Positions 25,916 to 38,015 of a DNA stretch of 64,000 nt are shown here, piece after piece. Source of the DNA: Octopus bimaculoides (taxonomy: Eukaryota); contig NC_068994.1 of NCBI RefSeq assembly GCF_001194135.2, positions 22,012,363 through 22,076,362 of the forward strand, written 5' to 3'. Each line of letters begins with the position of its first letter. The stretch's first letter is position 1. Both the position numbers and the translations under genes were made by a program. Under the pieces are notes generated by a model. The model did no database searches and was not told the DNA's origin. It worked only from the letters and a program-made list of their open reading frames with translations.

Positions 25916-25983
25916 TACAAAACCTGTTGAGACCTAGGGTCGCTGTATTCGACTAACCCCTGCCCCTAATTTTGCTGGCCTTG

Positions 25984-26215
25984 TACCACCACCACCACCA
26001 CCACCACCACCACCACCACCACCACCNNNNNNNNNNNNNNNNNNNNNNNNNNNNNNNNNNNNNNNNNNNNNNNNNNNNNNNNNNNNNNNNNNNNNNNNNN
26101 NNNNNNNNNNNNNNNNNNNNNNNNNNNNNNNNNNNNNNNNNNNNNNNNNNNNNNNNNNNNNNNNNNNNNNNNNNNNNNNNNNNNNNNNNNNNNATCATCA
26201 TCATCATCATCATCA

Positions 26216-26292
<77 letters not shown>
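25984..26292. repeat. (CCA)n-gap-(ATC)n(ATT)n compound microsatellite
   Basis: Read directly; N gap 26027-26193. Confidence 0.9.
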
Positions 26293-26293
<1 letters not shown>

Positions 26294-26294
<1 letters not shown>

Positions 26295-26505
26295 GGCGGC
26301 AAGCTAGTAGAATCGTTAGCACGCCAGGCGAAATGCTTAGCGGTATTTCATCTGCCGCCACGTTCTGAGTTCAAATTCAGCCGAGGTCGACTTTGCCTTT
26401 CATCCTTTCGGGGCCGATTAAATAGGTACCAGTTACGCATTGGAGTCGTTGTTATCGACTTGTTCCCTTCCTGCAAATTTGAGGCCTCGTGTTTTCAGTA
26501 TAAAG
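26294..26505 (+). mobile_element. SINE family A copy, best preserved
   Basis: AAGGCGGCAAGCTAGTAGAATCGTTAGCACGCC..GTTCTGAGTTCAAATTC..GAGGTCGACTTTGCCTTTCATCC. The tRNA-like B-box GAGTTCAAAT is visible; multiple related copies occur in the window. Confidence 0.8.
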
Positions 26506-26527
26506 ATTTATCCTAAATATTGATACA

Positions 26528-27825
26528 CTAACTTTTTGTTTTTGTACGTACCTGTGGTGTGTGTCACACTTACTTCAAAGGAAGAGGCAAAAAGGTTGAA
26601 GCAAGAGGTACAAAGAAAATAGAAATGGAAGGTGTTAAGCAGAGGCGGTATACTTGAAGAGAGTGGCAGAGCGGGAGAGAGGGGAGAGACAAAGAAGAAG
26701 TGAGAGAGAAAGACAGAGAGTGAGGTAAAAAGGTTGAAGGGAGAGGTACAAAGAAAAATAAAAATAAAAGGTGTTAAGCAGAGGAGCTATACTTAAAGTG
26801 AGTGGCAAAGCGGGAAAGAGGAGATAGAGAGGATGTGAGAGAGAAAGAGAGACAGTATTTTCAGAGTAGACCGATGCATACATCGAGAGAAAAAGATACA
26901 TATATACATACACACATTGTTAAATTAAAAGCAGGAGAGTGGCGGGACAGAGAGGAAGTGAGACAGAAAGACAGAGAGAGACAGTGAGTGGTGACTGAAA
27001 GGAAGCTGGCGTTCGTTTTGTGCTTTTAAATGTTTATCACTATTTTCAGAGCAGACTGATACATACATCGCAAGAAAGTAAATAGATAGATCGAAAGAAA
27101 AGTTGATACATAGCTACATTGTTAAATCAAAAACAAATAACTGCAGCAAATATTGGATGTCACTTCTACTTTTCATTACCACTCGAGGATAAAATTAACT
27201 TGCAAGTGACCGAGTACTCCACAGACATGCATACCATTAACGTCATTCTCAGGGAGATTCAGCCTCACACAGAATACAACAAGGCTGATTCCTTTGAATT
27301 GCAGCTACAACTCATTTTGGCCAGCTGAGTGGACTGGAGCAAGATAAACCTTCAAGTGGTTGGAAGAAAACGAAAAAAGATCCTATATAAGGGCATGAAA
27401 ATCTTTTTAGTCGTTAGCGTCACTATGAGTGTTAATCTGCTCCTAACAGCGGCATTTGTGAGTCACACAGATCTGGAGGCTAAGCCCCCAGATAAACACC
27501 GATGCGTCCCCATAACTTAGCTGTTCGACAGAAACGAATGATAGAATAAGCACCAGGCTTACAGGAAATAAGTCCAGGAGTCGATTTCTTCGACTTAAGG
27601 GCGGTGATCCAGCATGGCCACAGTCAAATGACTGAAACAAGTAAAAGAATAAAAGAATACCAGAAAATTGTTCTGTACCACTAAACCAAGAAGGTTCTAT
27701 GAATATGTACGATGTATTTTAAGGCCAAACAGTAATTCTGTTTACGTTGCTGAGATATTTTGGTTGGATTATATAGTTACCGGTTTTACACTTCTTTCTA
27801 TATGCTGTAAGTGTCACAATATAGA
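26528..27825 (+). repeat. Left arm of a long diverged inverted repeat (contains a SINE family B insertion at ~27440-27660)
   Basis: Blocks 26528-26590, 27110-27325 and 27660-27825 are reverse complements of 29600-29670, 29170-29470 and 28875-29020. Confidence 0.8.
27440..27660 (-). mobile_element. SINE family B copy
   Basis: Reverse complement of TTTTACTTGTTTCAGTCATTTGACTG.GGCCATGCTGG..CTTATTC..TTTC.GTCGAACAGCTAAGTTA.GGGGAC, seen again at 41420 and 63685. Confidence 0.75.
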
Positions 27826-27887
27826 AACATTTCTCATGGCATCAGCACTCAATTTACAGATGTTTTCACGGATCCAGTTAGTTATTA

Positions 27888-28390
27888 TTACCTCCGCCTT
27901 AGCGAAGGCGGAAGTATTGTTTTCAGTCGTGTTTGTTTGTCTGTCAGTGAACAAGATATCTCAAGAACTGCTGGATGGATTCGGATGAACTAATTAGATT
28001 TTGGGATCGATCCGGTACCGGACAAGGATTCTGGATTATATTTCAGATTTATTTACTTAATTTTTTGAGAGCGGTCGGGTTCATTTTTTAGTATTCTCGT
28101 TTGTGAGAGCAGTCGAGTTTATTTCAGATATTCTATTTTAAAAATCATCTCCGGTGAGAGAACGTTGGTGTCGCCTTGGCGGAGGTTTGCGCCCTCTGAG
28201 TGCCCTTGTTACCTCCGCCTTAGCGAAGGCGGTGGTGTTGTTTTCCGTCGTGTTTGTCCGTGGACAAGATATCTCAAGAACCACAAGATGGATTCGGATG
28301 AAACTTTTAGGGATGTTTGGCCTCGTGACGGGCATGAACTGATTAGATTTTAGGATTGATCAGGTACCGGACAAGGATTTGGGATTGTTT
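27888..28390 (+). mobile_element. Helentron-associated HINE (DINE-1-like): one full 321-bp unit plus a head-to-tail partial second unit
   Basis: 5' subTIR TTACCTCCGCC within a hairpin, (GTTT/GTCT)n tract, 3' subTIR GGCGGAGGT (28178-28186), then a short 3' stem-loop. The second unit restarts TTACCTCCGCC at 28209. Confidence 0.7.
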
Positions 28391-28621
28391 GTTATATTTA
28401 CTTTACACGATTATGATCTTACGTTGACTTTCAAGTCTTTCTCAATTACCTCCCTTTAGGTTGTTTCCAAAATTTTATTTTCGTTTCTCTATTATTAATT
28501 TTACTCGCATCTCTATCTTTGTAGAAACTGTTGGATAAAGAAATCAAACTACATAAACAAACGGCAGCAAAACCGTTCAGAAATTAAATAACACTAACAT
28601 ATATTTTTAATATATATATTA

Positions 28622-28650
28622 CTAGCTGGACCCGTGAAAAATTCACGGAA
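28622..28650 (-). mobile_element. Canonical Helitron 3' terminus
   Basis: Minus strand CCGTGAA-TTT-TTCACGG hairpin, GTCCAG, CTAG|T, then an AT-rich tract. Confidence 0.7.
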
Positions 28651-28709
28651 AACATAAAAAATGTAAGCATCTGTAAACAGTGTACTGGTGCCATGAGAAA
28701 TGTTTGTAC

Positions 28710-28872
28710 ATTATGACCGTCTGTCTTTACGTTCTGAGTTCAAATTCTGCCGAGATCGACTTTGCCTTTCGTCCTATTGCGATCGATAAATTAAGTACCA
28801 GTTGTGTACTGGGTCAATCTAATCAACTTCCCCCCCACCACCACATCTCCCCACAAAAAATTCAGGCCTAGA
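28710..28872 (+). mobile_element. SINE family A partial copy
   Basis: GTTCTGAGTTCAAATTCTGCCGAGATCGACTTTGCCTTTC..TAAGTACCAGTTG..AAATTCAGGCC. Confidence 0.7.
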
Positions 28873-28874
28873 AA

Positions 28875-29670
28875 AGTATATTGTGACAGTTACAGAATAT
28901 AGAAAGTAATGTAACACCAATGACTATATAATCCAATCAAAATATCTCAGTCACACAAACGGAATTATTATTTAACCTTAAAATACATCGTACATATTCA
29001 AAGAACCTTAATGTACAAATTGAAATGCAAAAGAACGAAATAATAAATGGATTTATGAATGAAAGTTTGATAATTGCATTTATTTCCACCACGCGACACT
29101 TATTATTGCAAACATGCTTTAACTGATCTAAACTATACAAACACACACAAATACATTCATATATGTATGTCTCGAGTTGTAGCAGTAATTCAAAGGGGTC
29201 AGCCTTGTCATATTCTGTGTGAGGCTGAATCTCCTTGAGAACTACGTTAATGTTATGCATGTCTGTGGAGTACTCAGCCATTTGTGGGTTAATTTTATCC
29301 TCGTGTCGTAATGAAAAGTGAAATTGACATCCAATGTTTACTGTGTGTATATATTTATGTATGAACTGTTTTTTGGACTTAGGTATCTACTGTCTCTCTT
29401 TCTCTTTCACTTCCTTTGTGTCCCTTTTCTCTCTCGCTTTTGATTTAACAATGTGTATATGTATCTACTTCTCTTGCGATGTGATAAACATTTTAAAACA
29501 CAAAACGAACGCCGTCACCACTCACTGTTTCTTTCTCTCTTATGTCCTCTCCGAAATATTTAAAAACACAAAACGAACACTGTCTCTTTCACTCTCTCTC
29601 TCTCGCTTTCCCACTTCTTTGAAGTAAGTGTGACGCACACAACAGGTACGTGCAAAAACAAAAGTTATTG
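28875..29670 (-). repeat. Right arm of the long diverged inverted repeat
   Basis: See left arm at 26528-27825. Confidence 0.8.
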
Positions 29671-29970
29671 ATATATTATACATACATATTAACACTTTAC
29701 AGTATACTTACATATATACATACAACTAGTATACATCGATCTAAAACAACAGGAATACTAAAGGAGGGCCGGAATTTAAGAGAAGAGAAAACCAAAAGTT
29801 ATGCTATTCATTTAAAAATTCCTAAGTAGAACTTATTATTACCCTCGCCTTTGAAACTATTTTGAATGGTGAGAATTTGTTAACTTTGGCTTGTATTAGA
29901 TAGGGATAAACTATTTATTACTGTTACTAAATTTTCTACAGCCATCTTCACATTCCATGATTACCATTAA

Positions 29971-30187
29971 GATCGATCAGGTACCGGACAAGGATGCTGG
30001 ATTATTTTCCCGTTTTATTTTTTAACTTAATTTTTGAGAGCAGTCGGGTTCATTTTTAATATTCTCGTTTGTGAGAGCACTCGAGTTTATTTAAGATATT
30101 CTAATTTTAAATTCATCTCTGGTTCTTCGTTGAGAGGACGTTGGTGTTGCCTTGGTGGAGGTTTGCGCTGAGTGCTCTTGTTGTTGT
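29971..30187 (+). mobile_element. 3' half of a third HINE copy
   Basis: GATCGATCAGGTACCGGACAAGGAT..GCAGTCGGGTTCATTTTT..CCTTGGTGGAGGTTTGCGCTGAGTGC aligns to 28005-28205. Confidence 0.75.
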
Positions 30188-30954
30188 NNNNNNNNNNNNN
30201 NNNNNNNNNNNNNNNNNNNNNNNNNNNNNNNNNNNNNNNNNNNNNNNNNNNNNNNNNNNNNNNNNNNNNNNNNNNNNNNNNNNNNNNCCCAAATTTCAGG
30301 CCTTGTGCCTATAGTAGAAAGGATTATTATTATTTTTTGAGAGAGAACAGCGCATGTAATCAAAGTAACACTGGGGTACAAATATACAAAGCCCAAAATA
30401 CTCGTCTTGACTACTCGTCATGACTACTCGTCTGATAAGGATACACCAGGCACATGCTTCACAACTATATGTGCACGACATGATGATTTCATATCAAGAT
30501 AACGCATGACCTTGTAGGCAGGGTCCAGTTAGAATTTTATTCAGGTCGAGTAGCCCACTCTGCTCAAAAGGTCCCTTGATAAACATCCACGTTTCCTTTC
30601 CAGGAGTGAATTTTTCAAGCCCCACAGAATTCTCCTCAACACATGGCTATGATGCTCCCCCACTGCTTCTGCTTGCGATCAGAGATGCACATATCGTAAG
30701 CCACTAAGGGACTCAACTGGTTTAAGGTCCAGCAACTGACAAGCAAATCTGTGGTGTTGAGCAGAATATTTGCTGTAGTCTATCTTTCATACCAAGACAA
30801 AACATGTAGTGCACCTGAGCACTATACACAATAATTTCATTATTATTTTTATGTACATAACTCTTTCAATCAGTTAAAATCAGAAGCCATGAAAACCCTG
30901 CCTAGTACTGCATCATCATCATCATATGATTATTATTCGAACTGGCAAAATTAA

Positions 30955-31075
30955 TACACTGGGCTCAAATTCTGCCGAGGTCAACTTTGCCTTTCATCCT
31001 TTCGGGGTCGATGTAATCGACTATCCCCCTCCCCAAATTTCAGGCCTTGTGCCTATAGTAGAAAAGATTATTATT
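30955..31075 (+). mobile_element. SINE family A partial copy
   Basis: CTCAAATTCTGCCGAGGTCAACTTTGCCTTTCATCCTTTCGGGGTCGAT..AAATTTCAGGCCTTGTGCCTATAGTAGAAA. Confidence 0.7.
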
Positions 31076-31080
31076 ATTAC

Positions 31081-31121
<41 letters not shown>

Positions 31122-31706
31122 GTAGTAGTAGTAGTAGTCTACTGTGGAACTGAAAGGCACGCTGATGTTGGGCTCTGTAAATTTGAGCTCAAATTTAACG
31201 TTTACACATTTCACCCTGGGTGCCTGTTTACCAGATTTTTTTTCCGCCTCCGTCAAGTGGAATGCGTTTGCTCAGTCCAGATGTAGTTATTTTCACAAAA
31301 CGACACACCAAGAGGGGTAGATATGGACGATACAAAGCTGAAGCGTGCGCAATAACTGGTCTATTACCCCGGGGCAGTTTCGAAAAAAAAAAGCCGGAGA
31401 AAAGAGGTATACCGATGCATGTCAATTAAGAACCGCGAGTGGAAATAGCTACTCATGCCTGTATAGAAAATACTTGAGAAAAATTTGGAGTGACTTCATT
31501 ACACAAGCCACACAAAATGGCAGTGTCGATGTCAGATTTTTTTGACACAAAAAACACAGAGACATTCAGCTGTCTGCTGCAAGATTGACGATTTTATCTT
31601 CATTGTAAGTTGGATAGGCGTGTGGTAAATATTAAAATTTTAGACATCTGGTAGGTGATAGCATGCGTTGTTCTCGTAGGAGCTGATTCCCTTCTAGAAA
31701 TTAAGA

Positions 31707-32530
31707 CAGTGGTTCCCAAACTTTTTTCTCTGGGCCGCATTTTCAGAATGAAAATTTTCTCACATCTCAACAAATTTTATGTGATAAAAAGTACATTTAA
31801 AAATACAAAACGACTAATAGTGCATTAAGTATAATATATAACACAAATAACTTATAATTTGAGCTTGTTTTTGACGAGTAATCTTCTTTATATTAGGCCT
31901 AGTTTGAGATTCTCAGTCAAATTTTTCTGTAGACAACAAGGGAAAGTGATCAATTTTTTTCTAAAAGTGTTGCAAGATGTTCCTGCATAAGGGCACGCAA
32001 TTTCTGACTTGTTTTAAAACTTTTTACCGATAGGAACATTTATAGATGATGTTGCATCGCTCTTTCTAGCCAGAGTTGAAGTTTTTTTATTAATGCAGTC
32101 AGTTTGTCTGTAGTCGTAAAGATATTCTCATCGCGGACTTGCATACTGGCATTGAGCATGTTTAATCTGGAAAATATATCGGCCAGATATGCCAGTCATT
32201 CTCATCCAGCTGGTGAAACAATGGGTCCCCTTGTTTTAAAAATGCTTTTAATTCGTTCTTCACCCGATTTAAAACTTTTCTCCAAGACAGCCAGCGAACA
32301 TCCGTGTACAGAAGTAGGTAGTGGTGTTCTGATTTCATATCATTGTATAGTTGAGCTTCATCGGTCTGAGGAGGCTCACAACAAGAAAAGATTAATAAGA
32401 ACAACCAAGAGTGGACCTTCCATCCGGAACCACCATTCCTATTTGTGAAGGAACTTCTGAACAAGAATTGGACTCATCATTCACCTCGGAATCTATCAAA
32501 AACTATATAAAAGGACCATCATTCTCGATA
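31707..32530 (-). mobile_element. hAT (Charlie/Buster-type) transposon, truncated
   Basis: TIR CAGTGGTTCCCAAACTTTT at 31707. Transposase remnant HHYLLLYTDVRWLS..KVLNR..ELKAFL..HQL.E.DW and AYLADIFSRLNMLNASMQ..ENIF. Confidence 0.8.
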
Positions 32531-32559
32531 TAGAATTTCTATCCACAGCTTTTTCTGGG

Positions 32560-33080
32560 GGAAGTGGGGTCCTATCTGCTTTCTTACTTATTAAAGACCT
32601 TAGGCCTTGCTAAATTAAGTTTGATACCCTCTGAATCCAGGTTTTGCTTCTATGTCTGGAATGTCTTTTGTACTATACATTCAACTACAAAAATGAAGTC
32701 ATCAGCACATCAGAGTTTCAATGGGTGCTGAGTTTTAAAACTCATCTGTTATGGCTAGATGAACTATGATGAATAGAGTGGGGACTAAGCTCTGAGATTT
32801 AGTGGAACCCTTTCACATGGTTTTTATGGCTCTCACAAGCCATTCAGCTACTCCTAAGTACTTAAGTGACCACCAGATTACCAAGTGAGGAATTTTGTTG
32901 AAGACTTTCTTCAGGTTGACAAATGTCAGGCATTTCTCCAACAGTTGTCTCACAAGAAAGATGTCATGAATAGTACTTCTTTGTAAAAAACCAAAAATTC
33001 ATTTCATCTAGGATAACTTTCTTCCTATATGAACTATATTTCTTTTCATCACTTTCACAACCTGGTCAGTAATGTGTTAT
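32560..33080 (-). mobile_element. RTE-like LINE RT fragment, heavily decayed
   Basis: Minus strand QGSx.xxLSPTLFII-like segment at ~32760-32815 and a (Y/C)ADDFI motif at ~32695-32712. Confidence 0.5.
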
Positions 33081-34524
33081 CCCTGTAATTACCTCTCTCT
33101 AAGATATCTCCTTTGGCTTTGTAACACTTGACAATAATGATCCTATTTCAATCATCAGGTATGACCCCTTCATGTACATACACGCACACATACAGACGAT
33201 GAATGAAAAAGGTGTCATAACAAAGATCAAAGCACACAGATCAGTTATGATGAGCAAATTTGAAATATTGAGAGTAACCAATTGTGGGAAAATGAATTAA
33301 AGTGTACATAAAGTGATAAAGGAGAAACGGATTATGCAATTAAGGAATGAATTGAATGATATAAAATAAAACTTGTAAAGAGAATAGATAGGGATGTTGA
33401 TCATATTGACTAACTCGAGTGGTTTGATTGAAAATACAGTTTAAAGTATCTGACTGATCTTGAATGTCTATGAAAGTTTACAGATGCTGCTGCTGAATTA
33501 TGATTGAAGAAGGAGATGTTGAGATAGAGTATTTCTAGATATTCAGAATTGCAAAATTGACAGCTTGTTAGAAATGGTGCCCCAGCTAAAGCAATTTAAA
33601 GGTTAAAAGATGTATAGAAAAACATTATTTTTCACTTGATTTTAAAATATGTGTCCTTAAGTTAAAGACTCTAAATGAACTCAAACAAATTGGAATAAAA
33701 ACATTTAATTTGTTGGCAAAAACTATAAGGATATTGGTAAAATTGCCTTTTGGAAGAACTTAATGTTATTTTAATGTATGATTTAAAAGTTTGATAGTTT
33801 TAACAATAGAATCAGGAGTTTTCCAGAAGTACAATGACAGTTGAGTGGGCAATCATTCAAGTGAATACAACTACATAGCTGGAAAGAATAAGTTGAGTTC
33901 CATATGTTTCACATTAGAGAAAACTTGTGCAGGTTCAAGTTTTTTTAAGAAACTTTTACAGAAATTTATCTTGAAATGTTAGTGGTTCATGTGGTATGGA
34001 GGTATTTTGTAAGAGCTTCACAAAGATATCAGCTACAGGTGTAGAAACTTGTTGGTTATATGGAGAATTGAAGTAGGTGATGCATGTTGTATTTTGTGGG
34101 TTAATGAGATGTTTTTAATAGATTTTTGGTGAATTTGTTTTGTGCTTGTGCACCTTATTTATAATATAATGTGCACCTTATTATAATATTTGTGCTTGTG
34201 CACCTTATAATATAAGGTGAAGCATCTCTGAAAGCAGATTCATTGGAAAAGAGGGTAAAAAAGTGTAAAGAAATATCTGTATATGATTCAAGATATTGCA
34301 TGGGTAGTTACAAAATTTATGCATGTAGTGGAGAGATTCAATGAATTTTTACACAGAAAAAACTAGGGATTATTAAGTTCAAGAGTGATGTCTAAGTTGA
34401 TTTTATAAAATTGTATTAGCAATATCAAATTTCATAATTCTTCCTTAACCTAATCTTCCCAACCATATAACTGTATTCACATGAATGATTGCCTGCCCAA
34501 TTGTAAATGTACTTCTAAAGGCCA

Positions 34525-34527
<3 letters not shown>

Positions 34528-34602
<75 letters not shown>
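34528..34602. repeat. (GT)n microsatellite
   Basis: Read directly. Confidence 0.97.
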
Positions 34603-34607
<5 letters not shown>

Positions 34608-35567
34608 TACTAAAAAAAATAACAGTTTAGCAAACTCATTTAGAATCTTGAATCTAACGACTCTGAAATCAAAATGGAAAATATATTTTATTAAACCTTC
34701 TCACTAACAAGTTGTGTCAGCATTGTAGTACTGAATCACAAGAAATATCATTCTCCAAGCAATCCCTCTTCAACTGTAAATCAAAGATAGTGTTTCATTG
34801 CTTACATAAAAACTTGACATCAAATAAATCAATCAATGACTAAATTTAGTCAAAGACAGTAATTTTCCTTTCTCTGTTCATTAGAATTTTTCTCGAGTTA
34901 AAATTTTATACCAACAAAACTTTATTTTATTTTTTATCCTATATATTTTACCTCCAGTTCACTCCTATAATCAAATCTAAACTCTTACCAGTTTGCATAA
35001 CCTTTTTACTATTAATTTTTAACCATTTTTACTCTCAATATTTCAAATTTGCCTATCATTACTGTCTTACCAGCTTTCTTCTTACTATGCACCCTCTCTT
35101 TTCCTCTTTCCCCCAATTTTCTCTGCATCACACTCAAATTCCTTCCTTTATTCCTTTATCCAACTCCATTTATAAAAAAATTCAAACTTCATTACAATTT
35201 GATAATTCAAATGATGAATCTCAAGTTACTGTCCTACTTAATATCTTCAGCCTCATAAAATACAAGTTGACATACACATGTGTGTGTGTGTGTGTGTACA
35301 TTTTAACTTTACATTATTTTCATTTAATTTTTACTCCTTTTTACATATATCCCACAAAGCTTTATGGCAAAGAGACAAATTTTGAAACAGACATATGATA
35401 ACCTTAACATCAAAGAACTGAGAAATATAACTTGGATCACTGGGAGTTTACCTACTGCTCCACAGTGATCAACAATAATATTATGACACTACTGCACAAT
35501 CTTTATAGGAACTGGTCATATACTTTAAGCATGTAACTGATATAGATCACTTCATGTCACTGGCTAG

Positions 35568-35615
35568 AACTTGTGCATATATATTCAAAACAACTTGTGC
35601 ATATATATTCAAAAC
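35568..35615. repeat. Perfect 24-bp tandem duplication in the putative 3' UTR or downstream flank
   Basis: AACTTGTGCATATATATTCAAAAC x2. Confidence 0.9.
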
Positions 35616-35817
35616 AATTTTTTTTCTCACTTTTCACACAGTCAGTTTTTATAGATTTAACTCCAGTATATTACTGCTATTTTATTGACTCCCAAAGTCA
35701 AAGTAAACTCAGAAAGTAAAGAATAAAATGAAATATATAGGTTTCGTTTGATTTGACTGTTTGTGCCAAGTCACAAGCTAAAATTCAAGGTGCAATAATG
35801 CTAAAGATCATATTTCT

Positions 35818-37599
35818 TCAGACATCATGTACAGTGCTTATACAGTTTGCAGGAACCCATCCTTCTTCACCAGTGTGAAGTGAAATATACCACCAATCAT
35901 TGTTTGAATTATCTATTACATTCACATACATTCCTTCCTCCACTGACAGCTCTTCATCACTGAAAGCACTGAAATCTTCCAAGACTATATACAGGCAGTC
36001 ATTGAAGATTCTAGCGTTACCAACCTTTTTGTTGCTGTCATTTTTACTGTCATTCTCGCTGCAACTAGTTGAAGTGTTATTACATTTACTGTTGTTGCTG
36101 GAATCCAATGTTGTGTTTTTGGCTTGGCTTCCTGGTGTTAGTTTGGGAAGGGGTTTCTTAGGAGGATTTAACTTCCGGCTATTCACTGGTTTCACTTCTT
36201 CAATGTAATTTGAAGGTGCCCAGCCTTGTTCTGTGCCAACCCTCACCAGCCACCAACCTGACTCATCTTTCTCCAACACTTCAATGGAATCATCACGGAC
36301 AAAGCTAATCTCTTCAGCATTTTCTGCCTCGTAGCTATGAGAAGCCTGGTACTTTATTTCAGCACTATCTGCAATTTTCCCATCAGACTTATCTGTTGGA
36401 GTAGATGGTGGCTGAAGAGTCAACTTATGACCAACTTGTGCTGGCGCTGGTTTTGATACAGGTGCTGTTTTCTGGGCTTGAAACTGAGGATATTTTGAAA
36501 CAATTGTGTGAGGATTACTTTGAGTAACATTCTGATTTAACTTTGGCTTTGTGAATGGCACTTTAGGTTTAAGACCCAGATTAGGAGGGAAACTCTCTTG
36601 AGAACTCTTAACTGTGGGTTTCAGAGCAGCTTTGCTGAATACTGGTGGTTTCTGAAGTATGGCAGGACTTGGCTGTTTTGTATGAGTAATATGCTTTGAG
36701 CTTGTTTCATTTTTGTTGTCTTGTAAATTAGAATCATCCAATTTAAATTTTTCCTGTTGCCGTTTCAACAAATTCAGACCTCGATTATTTCCTGTCGTTA
36801 TGTTTGCATCCTTGTTTTCACACTGATTCTGAAATTTAGCAATCTTATCTGAAAGTTTAGATACACTACATCGTACAGTATCTTTCTCTTTTGACTCAGT
36901 TTCTCTCGCTTTTGATTCAGTAGTGTCATGTTGAAAATTATTTGAGCTGTTTTGTTTCTGTTTTAGTGCACTAGGCAATGATAATGGAGATGGTTGTGGT
37001 GGTGATATTCGCGTAGGTTTCTCTTTTGGAACAAGTGATTTCTTAAGACTTGACTGCCTTACATTATATTTTGGAGCTTGAGTGCTGGCAGGTGCAGCAG
37101 AGTCTGGTTTAGACACCTGTTGTTGGGATTTTAATTTGGTCAATTTAAACTGAAGCTCATCAGTAAAGTTTGATTCACTTGCTGCATTTGGCATCACTTT
37201 TACAGTTTCAACACTAGAAGAAGGAGCATTATTGTGTAGCAGTGGTTTTGGAGGATTTAGCGATTTCCTTCCAGGCTCATTTGCTACTTTTGTAGGAATA
37301 TTTTTCTTAGGAGCCATAGCATCTGGATGTTTAGGAGGAGGTGGTGGTATAGATTTTGGTCGCATTGCACTATTATTTTTACCAGCTGAATTCAAGTTAG
37401 CACTGTTACGGTTAAGTTTTAATTGAAGCTTATCAGTGAAATTCTTATCTGCTTCATGTTCCTTCACAGAACTTGTTACATTCCCTGAGTCAGGCTCAAG
37501 AGAGTCATGGATAGTGTTCAGGTATTTTTTGTCACTTTCCACTTTTGCATTGGCACTAATGTTCCTCTCTGTAGTGACGTTCTCTGGATTTTCGTAGAT
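35818..37599 (-). CDS. SH3PXD2-like: Tks4/5-like adaptor, terminal coding exon: Pro-rich linker plus SH3 #3 and SH3 #4
   Basis: Acceptor ctcttcttcag|ATC (phase 0); open to TGA at 35818. SH3 #3 YQASHSYEAENAEEISFVRDDSIEVLEKDESGWWLV..QGWAPSNYI; SH3 #4 YIVLEDFSAFSDEELSVEEG..DWWYI..EGWVPANCI. Confidence 0.92.
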   Translation of the reverse strand: MYENPENVTTERNISANAKVESDKKYLNTIHDSLEPDSGNVTSSVKEHEADKNFTDKLQLKLNRNSANLNSAGKNNSAMRPKSIPPPPPKHPDAMAPKKNIPTKVANEPGRKSLNPPKPLLHNNAPSSSVETVKVMPNAASESNFTDELQFKLTKLKSQQQVSKPDSAAPASTQAPKYNVRQSSLKKSLVPKEKPTRISPPQPSPLSLPSALKQKQNSSNNFQHDTTESKARETESKEKDTVRCSVSKLSDKIAKFQNQCENKDANITTGNNRGLNLLKRQQEKFKLDDSNLQDNKNETSSKHITHTKQPSPAILQKPPVFSKAALKPTVKSSQESFPPNLGLKPKVPFTKPKLNQNVTQSNPHTIVSKYPQFQAQKTAPVSKPAPAQVGHKLTLQPPSTPTDKSDGKIADSAEIKYQASHSYEAENAEEISFVRDDSIEVLEKDESGWWLVRVGTEQGWAPSNYIEEVKPVNSRKLNPPKKPLPKLTPGSQAKNTTLDSSNNSKCNNTSTSCSENDSKNDSNKKVGNARIFNDCLYIVLEDFSAFSDEELSVEEGMYVNVIDNSNNDWWYISLHTGEEGWVPANCISTVHDV

Positions 37600-37802
37600 C
37601 TGAAGAAGAGAAAATAGTGAAAATCTGAGCAATTATAAACATTTCACATCTTTTTATCTCTAAGTTCAATTAATTTTAACAAATTTTCTTGGGTTAGCAT
37701 TGGTTTAAAGTATTTTATAAGACAGTAGTAGTTTGCTAAGATAGATTTTATCCAGTTGCTGCTAATTATGTCATTAGATGTTCCTTTCTAACTTTCTAAT
37801 AC

Positions 37803-38015
37803 TGGTTTCAAATTTTGGCACAAGGCCAGCAGTTTGGGGAGAGGGGCTAAGTTAATTAAATTGACTCAGTGCTCAACAGGTACTTATTTTAGTGATCCCA
37901 AAAGGATGAAAGGTAAAGTTGACCTCGGCAGAATTTTAACACAAAATGTAAAGACAGATGAAATACCACTAAGCATTTCACCTGGTATGACAACGATTCT
38001 GCCAGCTTGTTGTCT
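37803..38015 (-). mobile_element. SINE family A copy (intronic)
   Basis: TTTCAAATTTTGGCACAAGGCCAGCAG..CCCAAAAGGATGAAAGGTAAAGTTGACCTCGGCAGAATTT..GAAATACCACTAAGCATTTC. Confidence 0.78.
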
